Source: a virus
Taxonomy: Duplodnaviria > Caudoviricetes
IMG/VR virus record: IMGVR_UViG_3300042334_001174
Coordinates: 1-43,237 of that record
DNA length: 43,237 nucleotides
Reading direction: 5' to 3' (one strand)
Within the stretch, counting starts at the first letter, position 1. Each line of letters begins with the position of its first letter. Under the pieces are notes generated by a model that saw only the letters and a program-made list of their open reading frames with translations, did not search any database and was not told the DNA's origin. The position numbers and the translations under genes are program-made. This document shows positions 8,804-17,680 of this stretch, in pieces.

Positions 8804-8845
8804 TCCTCAGCTATACCCCGCCCGCCAGCCGTGGGCAAGCCCTTT

Positions 8846-9082
8846 TCAGAGCGCGTAAACCAGCCCGCCAGCCTCTCTGAACGCCTTTGGCTGGCTCCTG
8901 ACCGCCGAGGCCGTGACGGGGAAGCTGTGCCCGGACTTGGCGGCGAGGGCGGCTAGGCTGAGGGGGCCGGAGGCTAGGGCGGCCTTGAGGGCGGCCTTGA
9001 GGGCGGGCGTGATGCTGGGGGCGATGTCGCGGAGGCTGGCGGCATATTGACCGGCGGTGAGGCGTGGGCGGTGGGTGGACAT
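8846..9082 (-). CDS. Small winged-helix-like protein
   Basis: ALASGPLSLAALAAKSG...GGLVYAL resembles the C-terminus of the upstream ORF. Confidence 0.5.
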   Translation of the reverse strand: MSTHRPRLTAGQYAASLRDIAPSITPALKAALKAALASGPLSLAALAAKSGHSFPVTASAVRSQPKAFREAGGLVYAL

Positions 9083-9094
9083 GGCAGGAAGCGG

Positions 9095-9829
9095 TTAACT
9101 GACAAGGAACACCCGCCCGCCGTTCGTGGCGAACTGGCCCGGCAGGCTCTTGGCCGTGGCGCGCACCTGGGCGGGCGTCAGGCCGGTGGCCTTGGCTGCC
9201 TCGGCGATTTTGAGGCCGCGCTGGCTAACGGCGGAGGCTAGGAGGCGGGCAGCCTCGGCTTGGCTGGGCTGGGCCTCGGCGGCCTTGGCTGCTTCGATAC
9301 ATTGACGCTCGCGCTCTTTGTCTTCCTCCTGCTTTGGGGTGAGCGGAGGCATCACGTTGGCGGTGGTGGGGGCGTTGACTGCGCTATAGCTTGTGCTGCC
9401 TGTAGGCACGCCGGAGAATGGCGGGTTGCCGTTGGCGTCGTAGAGCGCGGCTTCGACATCGCCCACAGTGAGCTTGGCCTTGTCGGCAAGGGCCTTCATC
9501 TGGGCCTCCACCTCGGCCAGCGTCTCCACGCTAAATCGTTTCTTCAACTCATGTGCAAGGCAAGCCTCCGCCGTCGGGTGTAGGCTACCGTCCTCGGCCT
9601 CAAAGTCCACGTCTGGCACAGGCCGCATGGGCTGGTAGGCCGCCAAGTACGGCCCGGCTGGCTTGTTCTGGTCGTCCCACTCGGCGCGGGTTAAGATGCG
9701 GACTGGGTAGCCTTTCTTGGGCCTCACGTCTGAGCGGGCGCGTGTGGGCAAGGTCTGGCCGTTGCTGGCGGCGATGGGGAAGGCTTGGCCTGGGTGTTGC
9801 GGGTAGGTGATTTGGAGGTGTGTGATCAT
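9095..9829 (-). CDS. Hypothetical protein with a C-terminal HTH-like domain
   Basis: ATGA overlap with the LexA-like gene, C-terminal GLKIAEAAKATGLTPAQVR. Confidence 0.65.
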   Translation of the reverse strand: MITHLQITYPQHPGQAFPIAASNGQTLPTRARSDVRPKKGYPVRILTRAEWDDQNKPAGPYLAAYQPMRPVPDVDFEAEDGSLHPTAEACLAHELKKRFSVETLAEVEAQMKALADKAKLTVGDVEAALYDANGNPPFSGVPTGSTSYSAVNAPTTANVMPPLTPKQEEDKERERQCIEAAKAAEAQPSQAEAARLLASAVSQRGLKIAEAAKATGLTPAQVRATAKSLPGQFATNGGRVFLVS

Positions 9830-10065
9830 AGTTTGAGAGTGAATCGGTTTTTGGGAAGTGCATTGCCATCATACCCAAGCAGCCCCCGGCGAACGAGCGC
9901 CCAGAAGTGGAACATAGCCGCCGTCTGGCTGGCATGACCGAACTTGGCCTGGATGGCCCGGCTGCTTGGCAGGCGGCCTGTCTCGGCGTGCCTGGCCCGG
10001 CAAAAGGCCAGGATGGCGGCTTGCTTGGCCGTGGCCGGGCGGGTGATGGGGGCTAGGACTGGCAT
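9826..10065 (-). CDS. Stand-alone LexA-type N-terminal DNA-binding domain protein
   Basis: TAKQAAILAFCRARHAETGRLPSSRAIQAKFGHASQTAAMFHFWALVRRGLL follows the LexA wHTH pattern. No peptidase domain. Confidence 0.75.
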   Translation of the reverse strand: MPVLAPITRPATAKQAAILAFCRARHAETGRLPSSRAIQAKFGHASQTAAMFHFWALVRRGLLGYDGNALPKNRFTLKL

Positions 10066-10084
10066 CGGATGTCGTAGGCCAACA

Positions 10085-10119
10085 ATAAGCCCGGCCCGCC
10101 GAAAAGGCAAGGCCGGGCT
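10085..10119 (-). terminator. Putative terminator hairpin after the decoration gene
   Basis: AGCCCGGCC...GGCCGGGCT stem followed by TATT on the minus strand. Confidence 0.45.
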
Positions 10120-10142
10120 GGCTGATTGTTTGGCCGGGCGGC

Positions 10143-10685
10143 TTAGGCGGCGGCTTCGATCTTGGCAAGGTCGCCGTCGGCATCCATGAACCAGCCTTTC
10201 CATGCAGTCGCGGAGACGCATGTGAGGTAGCATGTGGAGTTGGCGGCAATCGCGGACTCTGCGCTAGCGCCTGTGCCGCCGTTGATGGCGATGGTAGCCG
10301 GGTCTGAGCTGCGAAGCTCAAAGCCGGTTGCAGCGACGTTGATTACAAGTTGCTTGCCTACCACGGGGGCGGGCAAGATAACGATGTCGTTGGCACCTGC
10401 GCTGGTGACAGTGACGTGGCTGGAGGCTGCCGCAATGGCGACACCGCCTGCGGTTGCTGTGACGGCTTCCACCACATCGGAACGCGGGCCGCTGATTGTG
10501 CCTGCGTTGACGAGGGCATTCACGCCGCTGAAAAACTGAGCCAAGGTCATGTCGGCACAGATCCGAGGATCGCCGGATGGCTTGGACGAGTCGTAAACAA
10601 AGACGCGGTGATTGGTGGACAGGCTGGAGCCCAGAAGGGCTGGCAGGTCCGCCGGATTCGTTGGAATGGGAGTGATCTGGAGCAT
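10143..10685 (-). CDS. Putative capsid decoration/cement protein
   Basis: Directly after the major capsid gene, small beta-rich domain (VILPAPVVGKQLVINV). Confidence 0.55.
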   Translation of the reverse strand: MLQITPIPTNPADLPALLGSSLSTNHRVFVYDSSKPSGDPRICADMTLAQFFSGVNALVNAGTISGPRSDVVEAVTATAGGVAIAAASSHVTVTSAGANDIVILPAPVVGKQLVINVAATGFELRSSDPATIAINGGTGASAESAIAANSTCYLTCVSATAWKGWFMDADGDLAKIEAAA

Positions 10686-10721
10686 TGAAGTAGGTAGCTA
10701 GAGGGTTGCGTTGAGTTTGCC

Positions 10722-10756
10722 AAAAGGGCCGCCCGGCGGGTGGGCTAGGCGGCCCC
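10722..10756 (-). terminator. Rho-independent terminator after the major capsid gene
   Basis: Minus strand GGGCCGCCT...GGGCGGCCC followed by TTTT. Confidence 0.65.
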
Positions 10757-10768
10757 AAGGCGTGACCG

Positions 10769-12304
10769 TTAGCTCACCTCCGGCATACCGGGGGCGTTCC
10801 AAGCACCGTAAACGACGATGTAGCCGTTTTTGATGAGCGCGGCGTTTTTATACGCGGTTGCGCCCCAGACCATCTGGACACCGATACCGAAGCGGTTGGT
10901 GTAGTCGTTCTCCTGGGTGACGCGCTGGCCCATGGCCGTGCTGGCCTTGCCGTTGACGGTGCCGTAGCCGCAGTACACGGCATTGTTGCCGAGGAAGTAG
11001 CCGCACACATACGGCTGTCCCTTGCTGTTACAAGGGATCATCAGGGAACCGATTGGAATAATGCCTTCCGTGAGGTAGGTAGAGGTCCAAGGAGCCGTCC
11101 CCCAGGTAATCGTGGAGCCGGTGAGGGTGGTTTCGTAGTCTCCCGAGGTCGTGGAGCCAAGGCGGGTAAGGCCAGTGTCGGAGATGGTCAAGCCATCGGT
11201 CGTGGTGTACTTGAAGAAACTGAACTTGCCAGCATCCGCACCCGAGCCGTTGATGACCATGAGGTATTTATTGTCAGTGTTGGAGGCGATGAACGTCTGC
11301 TCGAACGCGGTGAACGGAGCACCGGGAAAGTAGCGGAAGTAGTCGTTTGCAGTCTTCGCAACGGCGTTGGTGGTGAGCACCGAACTACCATTGAATCCGC
11401 CGCCGCTGAGAGCGGTGAGGGTGGTGGTGGTGGCCTTTGCTGCGATTGCCACGCCGAGGTAGGCACGGGGAGCGCAGAACGCACCCTGGGCAGCATCAGC
11501 GGCGGTGTTGGAGACTGCCCAGTTGTTGAGCATGACGCCATCATATTCCGGCAGGCTGCCCGCGAACAGGTAGTTGGTAGGGCCGCGTGTGCCAGCAGTG
11601 GCGAGCAGGCTTTCCCAAGTCGAGTTTTCGCGCAGGCCCTGGAACAGGTAGTCGTTGCCCTGGAAGAAGTACTTGAGGATGCGCTGGCCGTTGGGGCCAC
11701 GGGCAATCTCGATTTCCTGCATTTTGATGCCGTTCGCCATGATCTTCGCTTGGGAGATCGTGGACTTAGTGACAACATCAGTCGAGGTGAGGGCGTTGAC
11801 ACTGGATTTGTTGCCAGCGTAGAGAGTGTTGTAGCTCTCCAGGCTGCCGATCATCACGGCTTCGATACAGTCGCACTTGAGGCGCTGCACCCATTCGTTG
11901 AGGCCACGGCGGGCCGATTGGTCAAACGTGGTGCCGATGAACGTCAGATCCTTGGTGGTGACGGTTTCGGCGACGGCGTGACGGTGAAGGCCGATAGTCA
12001 GCGTAAACTGGCTGTACTTGCGGACTTCTTCAGCGCCGACGAGGTTGGTGTTGCCCTGGACGCCCTTGCCACCGAGGCCAGCTTCGGAGCTGAACACGAT
12101 GGTGTTGCCGCGCACTTTGGCGGTGTCGAGCACTTCCTTAACGGGCTTAACGGAGCCAAGTCCGCCCATGAGTTCAGAGAACGGGTTGTAGCGTTCGTTA
12201 TCGAAGGCGATAGAGGACACCCAGAGGATCTGGCGTGCGTAGGTGGGGGACTGATCAACAAGCTGTTGAACGGTCTGAGCGTTGATTTCGGTATATGAGG
12301 CCAT
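10769..12304 (-). CDS. Major capsid protein, N4 gp56/DUF4043-like
   Basis: GNTIVFS..GLGGKGVQGNTNLVGAEE...TLTIGLHRHAV, LFAGSLPEYDGVML and ENDYTNRFGIG. Follows the scaffold gene. Start at ATG 12304 preferred. Confidence 0.8.
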   Translation of the reverse strand: MASYTEINAQTVQQLVDQSPTYARQILWVSSIAFDNERYNPFSELMGGLGSVKPVKEVLDTAKVRGNTIVFSSEAGLGGKGVQGNTNLVGAEEVRKYSQFTLTIGLHRHAVAETVTTKDLTFIGTTFDQSARRGLNEWVQRLKCDCIEAVMIGSLESYNTLYAGNKSSVNALTSTDVVTKSTISQAKIMANGIKMQEIEIARGPNGQRILKYFFQGNDYLFQGLRENSTWESLLATAGTRGPTNYLFAGSLPEYDGVMLNNWAVSNTAADAAQGAFCAPRAYLGVAIAAKATTTTLTALSGGGFNGSSVLTTNAVAKTANDYFRYFPGAPFTAFEQTFIASNTDNKYLMVINGSGADAGKFSFFKYTTTDGLTISDTGLTRLGSTTSGDYETTLTGSTITWGTAPWTSTYLTEGIIPIGSLMIPCNSKGQPYVCGYFLGNNAVYCGYGTVNGKASTAMGQRVTQENDYTNRFGIGVQMVWGATAYKNAALIKNGYIVVYGAWNAPGMPEVS

Positions 12305-12415
12305 TACGGTAGTGTGGTGGTGATTTGCGAGCAGATTGTTCCTCAAGGCTTCTTGGGCCTTGTTAATCTGTCGTCACGCCACACAGGCGTCGGCTGCCTT
12401 TCGGCTACCGCTATC

Positions 12416-13309
12416 TCAAGACATTCTTACGCTGCCCAGCGAAGGCGAATTGCCAAGCACTGAGTCAAACAGCCCGGCAAGGCCTGCGCCTCCGGTGACT
12501 GCCGCCCGGACCTGGGCCACGATGTCAGGCGCAGTTGGCTGGCCGGGCGCGGGGCGCTGGGCCATGGCTACGCTGGTCGAGGCCGGGGCAGCCGGGGCCT
12601 TGGCTGGCACGGGGCCAGGGGCGGGCTGAGGCTGGCTGACTGGCACGGCGGGAGATTTTGAGGCGCGCATCTGGGCGGCCAGATTGGCGGCATACTCGGC
12701 CACGGCGGTTGGGCTGCTGCTGGCGAACTCGGGGTTCACGGCGAGCAGGCTCTTTACGGCCAAGGTGGCGGGGTGGTTGTCGTCACGCAGTTCGGGGTAC
12801 TGGCTCATTGCCAGTTCAAGGGAGTCGTCGCCGATTTCTTCAAACGCTTTTTCGGCGGCGGCGGCGGCCTTCATTTTGGCCTCCATGGCGTCGGCCATCT
12901 CGGGCGTAAACTCGGCAATGCCCTCGGCGTTGTTCTGGAGGTCGGCGAGCTTCTGGGCGGCCTCCTGGGCGGCTTGGGCGGCGAAGTTGTAATCTTCGAG
13001 GGCCTGCGTGAAGACAGGTGCCAAGTCAACCGGCTCGGCGGCTGGGGCAGGCTGGCCGGGCACAGCCTCGGCTGGGGCGGTGACTTCGCTATCTGGCTTG
13101 AGTTCGTAGGTGCCTGGGTCTGTGGCGGGCACTGGATTGGCGGGATCGTGGCCGGTGGCGTCGTCGGGGTCGGGCAAAAGGGCCGCATTCACGGGGGCTG
13201 GCTTGGCGGCCCCGGCGGTGAAGGAGGAAGCGAAGGCCTCTGGGGACTTATCTAGGCTGCCATACAAAAGTGAGGCAGGATCAAAAGGCGCTGTCGTGGT
13301 GTCGGACAT
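12416..13309 (-). CDS. Putative capsid scaffolding protein
   Basis: Acidic, Ala/Pro-rich with coiled coil, immediately upstream of the major capsid gene. Confidence 0.6.
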   Translation of the reverse strand: MSDTTTAPFDPASLLYGSLDKSPEAFASSFTAGAAKPAPVNAALLPDPDDATGHDPANPVPATDPGTYELKPDSEVTAPAEAVPGQPAPAAEPVDLAPVFTQALEDYNFAAQAAQEAAQKLADLQNNAEGIAEFTPEMADAMEAKMKAAAAAEKAFEEIGDDSLELAMSQYPELRDDNHPATLAVKSLLAVNPEFASSSPTAVAEYAANLAAQMRASKSPAVPVSQPQPAPGPVPAKAPAAPASTSVAMAQRPAPGQPTAPDIVAQVRAAVTGGAGLAGLFDSVLGNSPSLGSVRMS

Positions 13310-13316
13310 ATTGGCT

Positions 13317-13334
13317 ATATTGTGTGTAGTTATG
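13317..13334 (-). promoter_or_regulatory. Conserved upstream motif CATAACTACACACAATAT (copy 1)
   Basis: Identical 18-mer at 23817-23834 and 16-mer at 21370-21385. Confidence 0.7.
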
Positions 13335-13354
13335 ACTTTCTTGCAAGGGGAATC

Positions 13355-14020
13355 TTACGGCTCGAAAACTGCACGGTGCCTTTCCAGAAAGGCGGCCTTC
13401 TCGGCTAATGGCACCCCGGCGGCATGAAGCACCTTAATACCGCCCTGCCAGTCCAGCCATCCGCGATGGCAGGCATGGGGCCAGAAATTCCAGTCGTTAC
13501 CTAAAAACATCATATCCACGCCAGCCCTATGCCAAGCGGCATTGAGTATGCTCTGCTCGGTTACATCCTTCAAGACTGGCCCAATGCCAGCCCGGCTTTC
13601 TGCCATGAGCCGCCGGGCCAAGTCGAAGGCGGCCCGGACGGCAGGCTGGCGGGCGTTGGCGAAGAAAAAGCCGGTGTTGCAGTATCTGTCAGGCGGGAAG
13701 TCGAGGGCCAAGGCATCAGGCAGGCAGAACGAGTCGAGGGCTTGGCGGCTGGCGTCCCGGACGGCGGCTATGCCTGCGATGTTGCGGAAGGGGGCGAGGT
13801 CTAGGGGCTTGATGAAAAGTACGTCTGAATCGAAGAAGCAAAAAACGCGATCTCCGGCGATCTCGGGCAGCGTGTATTTCCAGTCGTACCCAGCCTCATC
13901 CGTTGTCAGGACTAGGGCTGGAGCACGGGCATACTTGCGGAAACTGGCGGCGGCAGTTTCCGCCAAGTCAAAATAGCCCGGCGTGGCGATGGTGATGCCG
14001 ATAACAGAAGGGAGATTCAC
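13355..14020 (-). CDS. Glycosyltransferase, GT8-like (GT-A fold)
   Basis: FFDSDV (DxD), CNTGFF, EQSILN, WNF and LHAAG motifs. GTG start with a GTGA overlap. Confidence 0.8.
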   Translation of the reverse strand: MNLPSVIGITIATPGYFDLAETAAASFRKYARAPALVLTTDEAGYDWKYTLPEIAGDRVFCFFDSDVLFIKPLDLAPFRNIAGIAAVRDASRQALDSFCLPDALALDFPPDRYCNTGFFFANARQPAVRAAFDLARRLMAESRAGIGPVLKDVTEQSILNAAWHRAGVDMMFLGNDWNFWPHACHRGWLDWQGGIKVLHAAGVPLAEKAAFLERHRAVFEP

Positions 14021-15264
14021 CAGAGGCAACGGGGATGGCGCGCAAGTGTGAGAACGCATCTCCACCACGGCGATTTTTCTTCTGTTTTGAATAAACTTTC
14101 GGCCCACTCTGGTTTATAGAAATACACTGAAACGCGGCCCATGGCGTGCATGAGGCGCATCATCAGATACAACGGGGTTGAGTCCTTTCGCATCTCGATA
14201 TAGCGGTACGGGTTTTCCATGGGATTGATTTTCGTCCACGTTTCACCCCAAAGCCGATAAACCTCAGATACGGTGACGGCGCACTCTTCCTCGTCGCCGT
14301 CCAAGTACTGCTTGTAGGCTAGCAGGCTCCCGACTCGGACTAAGTTGGCGCAAGCTCCAGGGTTGTCAGCTAAGACGGAAGTTGTTTGGCAGGTTGCTAG
14401 GTAGCCTTTAGCCTCCTCAATCCATGGTGCTTCATTCTTGATTTTGAGATACACCTCTGCGGCGGATTGCGAGGTGGACCAGCGGGCATCCATTTTAGGC
14501 TGGCCAGTTTGTGGCAATTTCACCGCATCGACATTCTTCAACCAGTCATTCCATGTAACCTCGCCGTCGAAAGCGCGATAAGTAAGCCAACACTTTGCAT
14601 GTGCCCGCTCGCCTGTGGAATACCTTTGAACATTGGTGTGTAGCGCCCCCCAAGCTACCTCGTACTGTTCTTTGCGTGGCAGCACAGAGTTTGGGAAAAG
14701 CGCCAGTAGTTCATGCTCAAATTCTGCGACATCCCAAGGCTTTGGCCTGCCGTGATACACCACCACTCCATACTCGGCCTTCTTGCCGTGCTTCTTGTAG
14801 CTCACTACGGCGGGCGGCTGGATCAAACGAATAGCACTCCCTAGCTTGCGCCATATCCATTCCTGATCTCCGCCAGGACAGCCCGCCATAGCTTCCGGCC
14901 CAAAGCCAGCCACGATGGCAGGCATGGGGCCTTGCCAGACCATGACTGAGCTATTGACCGGGCAGCCGCCCGGCTGGTAGGCGTCGGCCATGGCGTAGAA
15001 GGCGGCGGAGTCGAGGTCTTTCAGCCAGTCAAGGCTTTGCGCCGTCACATCCAGGTCGAAGTAACAGACGTGCCCAAGGTCATGCTCAAAGAGTTCAAGT
15101 TTAGACCACCAACCGGGCCAGCCATGCCGGAGCGGCAAAGTGGGGCCGGGCACGTCTGGGCAATCCGTCAGGCATGTGACAGGCTGCCAGACCATTGCGC
15201 GCAGGCGCTCGACATGGGCAGGGGTGTAGATGCCGCCTGATTTGAGGACGCAAACGAAGTTCAT
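14017..15264 (-). CDS. Phage glycosyltransferase (GT-A) with an unknown C-terminal domain
   Basis: VCVLKSGGIY, GWWSKLELF, YFDLDV, NSSVM, GDQEWI and YHGRPKPW, followed by about 235 further residues. Confidence 0.8.
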   Translation of the reverse strand: MNFVCVLKSGGIYTPAHVERLRAMVWQPVTCLTDCPDVPGPTLPLRHGWPGWWSKLELFEHDLGHVCYFDLDVTAQSLDWLKDLDSAAFYAMADAYQPGGCPVNSSVMVWQGPMPAIVAGFGPEAMAGCPGGDQEWIWRKLGSAIRLIQPPAVVSYKKHGKKAEYGVVVYHGRPKPWDVAEFEHELLALFPNSVLPRKEQYEVAWGALHTNVQRYSTGERAHAKCWLTYRAFDGEVTWNDWLKNVDAVKLPQTGQPKMDARWSTSQSAAEVYLKIKNEAPWIEEAKGYLATCQTTSVLADNPGACANLVRVGSLLAYKQYLDGDEEECAVTVSEVYRLWGETWTKINPMENPYRYIEMRKDSTPLYLMMRLMHAMGRVSVYFYKPEWAESLFKTEEKSPWWRCVLTLARHPRCLW

Positions 15265-15875
15265 GGAGTGTAAATGTTGTCGCGGCCTATCGACTCGGCC
15301 AGTTTGTAGCCTCGCGCAGTTAGCCAGTCGTGGGCCATGGCGTCAGGCCAGCCGTGGGCAGAGCCTAGCCCTTTGGCCTCTACGGCAACGACAGGGCGAC
15401 ACCGCTCAATGGTGGTGGCGGCTCCAAGGATGGCGGGAGTCTCGTAGCCTTCCACATCGAGTAGTAGGAAATCCAAACTCCCAAGCTGCATATCGTCAAT
15501 AATCTTGATGGGAGCGCCAGAGTGCGCGGGCTTTACCATAGTGGCTCCATAGTTGGACGCTTCGCTAGGCGGGCGGAAGGTTTGCACAAAGCCGGGCTGG
15601 TGCCCTAGCGCAGCGTGGTGAGCCACAATATTAGGCGCGGTGCAGTTCTTTTGAAGGCACTCCCAATTCTCGGGATCTGGCTCCACAGTGATGACCGTTT
15701 GGAAGTGCCGCGCCAGCCATTGAGCGTACACGCCCACATTGCCGCCAGCCTGAATACAGGTGCGGTAGCTTTTGACGTGTTTCAAGTAACCAGGGAGCCG
15801 CTGGACTTCACGCAGCACTGCAACGGCGGTTCTTTCGTCGCCATCAGGCCAGTAGTAGTTCACAAAAAGTTTCAT
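15261..15875 (-). CDS. FkbM family methyltransferase
   Basis: IQAGGNVG, VEPDPEN, LDVEGYE and RPVVAVE motifs, ATGA overlaps at both ends. Confidence 0.88.
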   Translation of the reverse strand: MKLFVNYYWPDGDERTAVAVLREVQRLPGYLKHVKSYRTCIQAGGNVGVYAQWLARHFQTVITVEPDPENWECLQKNCTAPNIVAHHAALGHQPGFVQTFRPPSEASNYGATMVKPAHSGAPIKIIDDMQLGSLDFLLLDVEGYETPAILGAATTIERCRPVVAVEAKGLGSAHGWPDAMAHDWLTARGYKLAESIGRDNIYTP

Positions 15876-16129
15876 GGATTTTGAGTCAAACGTGACACTG
15901 CCCACATACCCGGCACATCCAAGACAACAGTGTGAGAGCCCGCCACACGGCGAGCTTTGGAGAAAATCGTTTCTGCGTTTGGTTCTTCATGGTCTGGGAT
16001 GCCGATGCCGCGCAAGAAGACTTGCCACATGGCGCGGGTGAGAACGGTGGTGACGTGGTGGTGATCTTGCCCATGGGCGGCTTTGGCGACTTGCCGGTGG
16101 AGTTCAAAAGCTACGCGCTCCTCGGTCAT
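15872..16129 (-). CDS. Hypothetical protein
   Basis: ATGA-coupled to both neighbours. Confidence 0.6.
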   Translation of the reverse strand: MTEERVAFELHRQVAKAAHGQDHHHVTTVLTRAMWQVFLRGIGIPDHEEPNAETIFSKARRVAGSHTVVLDVPGMWAVSRLTQNP

Positions 16130-16914
16130 GCGAAGTTGAAGCGAAGGAAACAGCGGGCCACTTCTTGCGGGCGGTTCTTCTCCCAGCAGCCGTCCCCGTC
16201 CCGCTCGCCAGCCGGGCCTGTGTTGGCCTCAATCGTGGCGATCCGGCCCTTGGCGGGCTGGCCGGTGACTAGGCCGATGTGGGAAAAATCGAAAACTACG
16301 ATGTCGCCCTTCTGCGGCGTGGCGGAGTCGGGCAAGACAGTCACGCCCTTGGCCTTCTTGGCCCAAGCCTGCCAAGCCCACGCGCCTGCCGATTTGCAGC
16401 GCCATTTCTCGAACTGCTCGGCGTTCATGCCGGTCAGGCTTTCCAGCAGGCCAGCCTTGGCTAGCTCGTCGCCTACTGTGTCCAGCCAAAAGGCCATGGC
16501 TGCCGCGCAGTAGGGCTCTCTGTTGCTGTAGCCGTCTGGGTAGGAGGTGGAAGGCCAGAATCGCTTGATCCATGCGCCTTGGTTGTTGCGGGGGGACTCA
16601 ACTTTGCCCACGTCACGCTTGGCAATGTTCACCAGCCAGTCGGCGAAGCTAGGGCCTGTGGCAGGCTTGGCGGCAGGCGGCACAGCCTTGGCGGGCGGCT
16701 GGAGGGCGGCCCAAGTGGCTGGGCCTACTACGCCGTCTGCGGCGAGTTTGCGCGCTTCTTGGAAGTCTGTTACGGCGTCATCCGTAATGGATCCAAAAAA
16801 ACCGTCTGGCTTGGACTTGAGGTAGCCGAGATCATGCAGGCGGCCTTGGAGGCGAAGAACTGCCAGACCTTTATCGCCTTCTTGCAGAATGGGTGTGTCG
16901 GGTGTCGTGCTCAT
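16126..16914 (-). CDS. Endolysin: peptidoglycan-binding domain plus CHAP amidase
   Basis: LQGRLHDLGY..DGFFGSITDDAVTDFQ..DGVVGPATW, then catalytic PYCAA, SHIGLV and TIEANT. Confidence 0.88.
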   Translation of the reverse strand: MSTTPDTPILQEGDKGLAVLRLQGRLHDLGYLKSKPDGFFGSITDDAVTDFQEARKLAADGVVGPATWAALQPPAKAVPPAAKPATGPSFADWLVNIAKRDVGKVESPRNNQGAWIKRFWPSTSYPDGYSNREPYCAAAMAFWLDTVGDELAKAGLLESLTGMNAEQFEKWRCKSAGAWAWQAWAKKAKGVTVLPDSATPQKGDIVVFDFSHIGLVTGQPAKGRIATIEANTGPAGERDGDGCWEKNRPQEVARCFLRFNFA

Positions 16915-16926
16915 AGCAGCCCAAGC

Positions 16927-17046
16927 CTACTTGCCTAGCGGCCCCTTGTCAATCGCGATGAAAACCCCAATCACGGCCAGCACCAGCCCGGCCATGACGG
17001 CCAAGGCTAGACCAAGGCCGCTGAGTTCGTGGAGGAAGGCTAGCAT
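16927..17046 (-). CDS. Small membrane protein (39 aa), possible lysis accessory
   Basis: Not in the ORF track. Reads MLAFLHELSGLGLALAVMAGLVLAVIGVFIAIDKGPLGK, a single TM helix just upstream of the endolysin. Confidence 0.55.
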   Translation of the reverse strand: MLAFLHELSGLGLALAVMAGLVLAVIGVFIAIDKGPLGK

Positions 17047-17198
17047 GGGAACAACTGGAGTTTCGCCATCCACAAGCAAAACACCAGCCGCTCACACATT
17101 GAGGCGTTACGGCAGAACTGCCACGAATGCCGTAGCAAGGCTGGCAGCCGGGCTAGGCGCTGGCGGAATGGGCGGCGGCGGAGAATGAATGGTTTCAT
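17040..17198 (-). CDS. Small basic protein (52 aa)
   Basis: Not in the ORF track. Reads MKPFILRRRPFRQRLARLP..., has an ATGA overlap with the upstream gene and fills the gap. Confidence 0.45.
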   Translation of the reverse strand: MKPFILRRRPFRQRLARLPALLRHSWQFCRNASMCERLVFCLWMAKLQLFPC

Positions 17199-17680
17199 GG
17201 CTTTTTGAATATCCTGTCAAAGATCGAAGACGGCCTAGCCCAGCCCTGCGGACCAAAAGCTGCTACGGCTCGGCCCATGAGGGCGGCCTTGCGGGGGCGG
17301 ACGCCTGCTTGGAGGAGGCGGTAGTAGAAATGGCGGTGGACCACCCAGGCGGGCGGGGCGGCGGGCAGGTGTCCTAGCTTCTCGACAAGCCAATAGCTGC
17401 CGCCGGTCAGTAGATCACAAAGGAAGTCGTGCTCTAGGGCTGGCATGGTGCAAAGGCCGTCTGGCGTGTAGTTGAGGGGCGGCCCCCAAAAAATGGGCGG
17501 GATGCTGGCCTTGTCGAACTGGTAGCCAGCCGGAATGGTGAACCCATGCTCTACCGGCCAGATGCCAGAGCATAGCTTGAACGTGTACTCTTCATCCGTC
17601 TGCCACATTGGCCCCTTTGACCACGGTAGCAGGCCAAAGCCGGGCTCAGGATCTTGGAGGCATGTGATGTCGAGATTCAT
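17195..17680 (-). CDS. DUF1353 family protein
   Basis: FTIPAGYQFDKASIP and ALEHDFLC motifs. Confidence 0.75.
   Translation of the reverse strand: MNLDITCLQDPEPGFGLLPWSKGPMWQTDEEYTFKLCSGIWPVEHGFTIPAGYQFDKASIPPIFWGPPLNYTPDGLCTMPALEHDFLCDLLTGGSYWLVEKLGHLPAAPPAWVVHRHFYYRLLQAGVRPRKAALMGRAVAAFGPQGWARPSSIFDRIFKKP

Noticed and set aside
9826-10233. Full lexA repressor gene
   Set aside because: Only the DNA-binding domain is present, with no Ala-Gly cleavage site or S24 peptidase domain, so no gene symbol was assigned.
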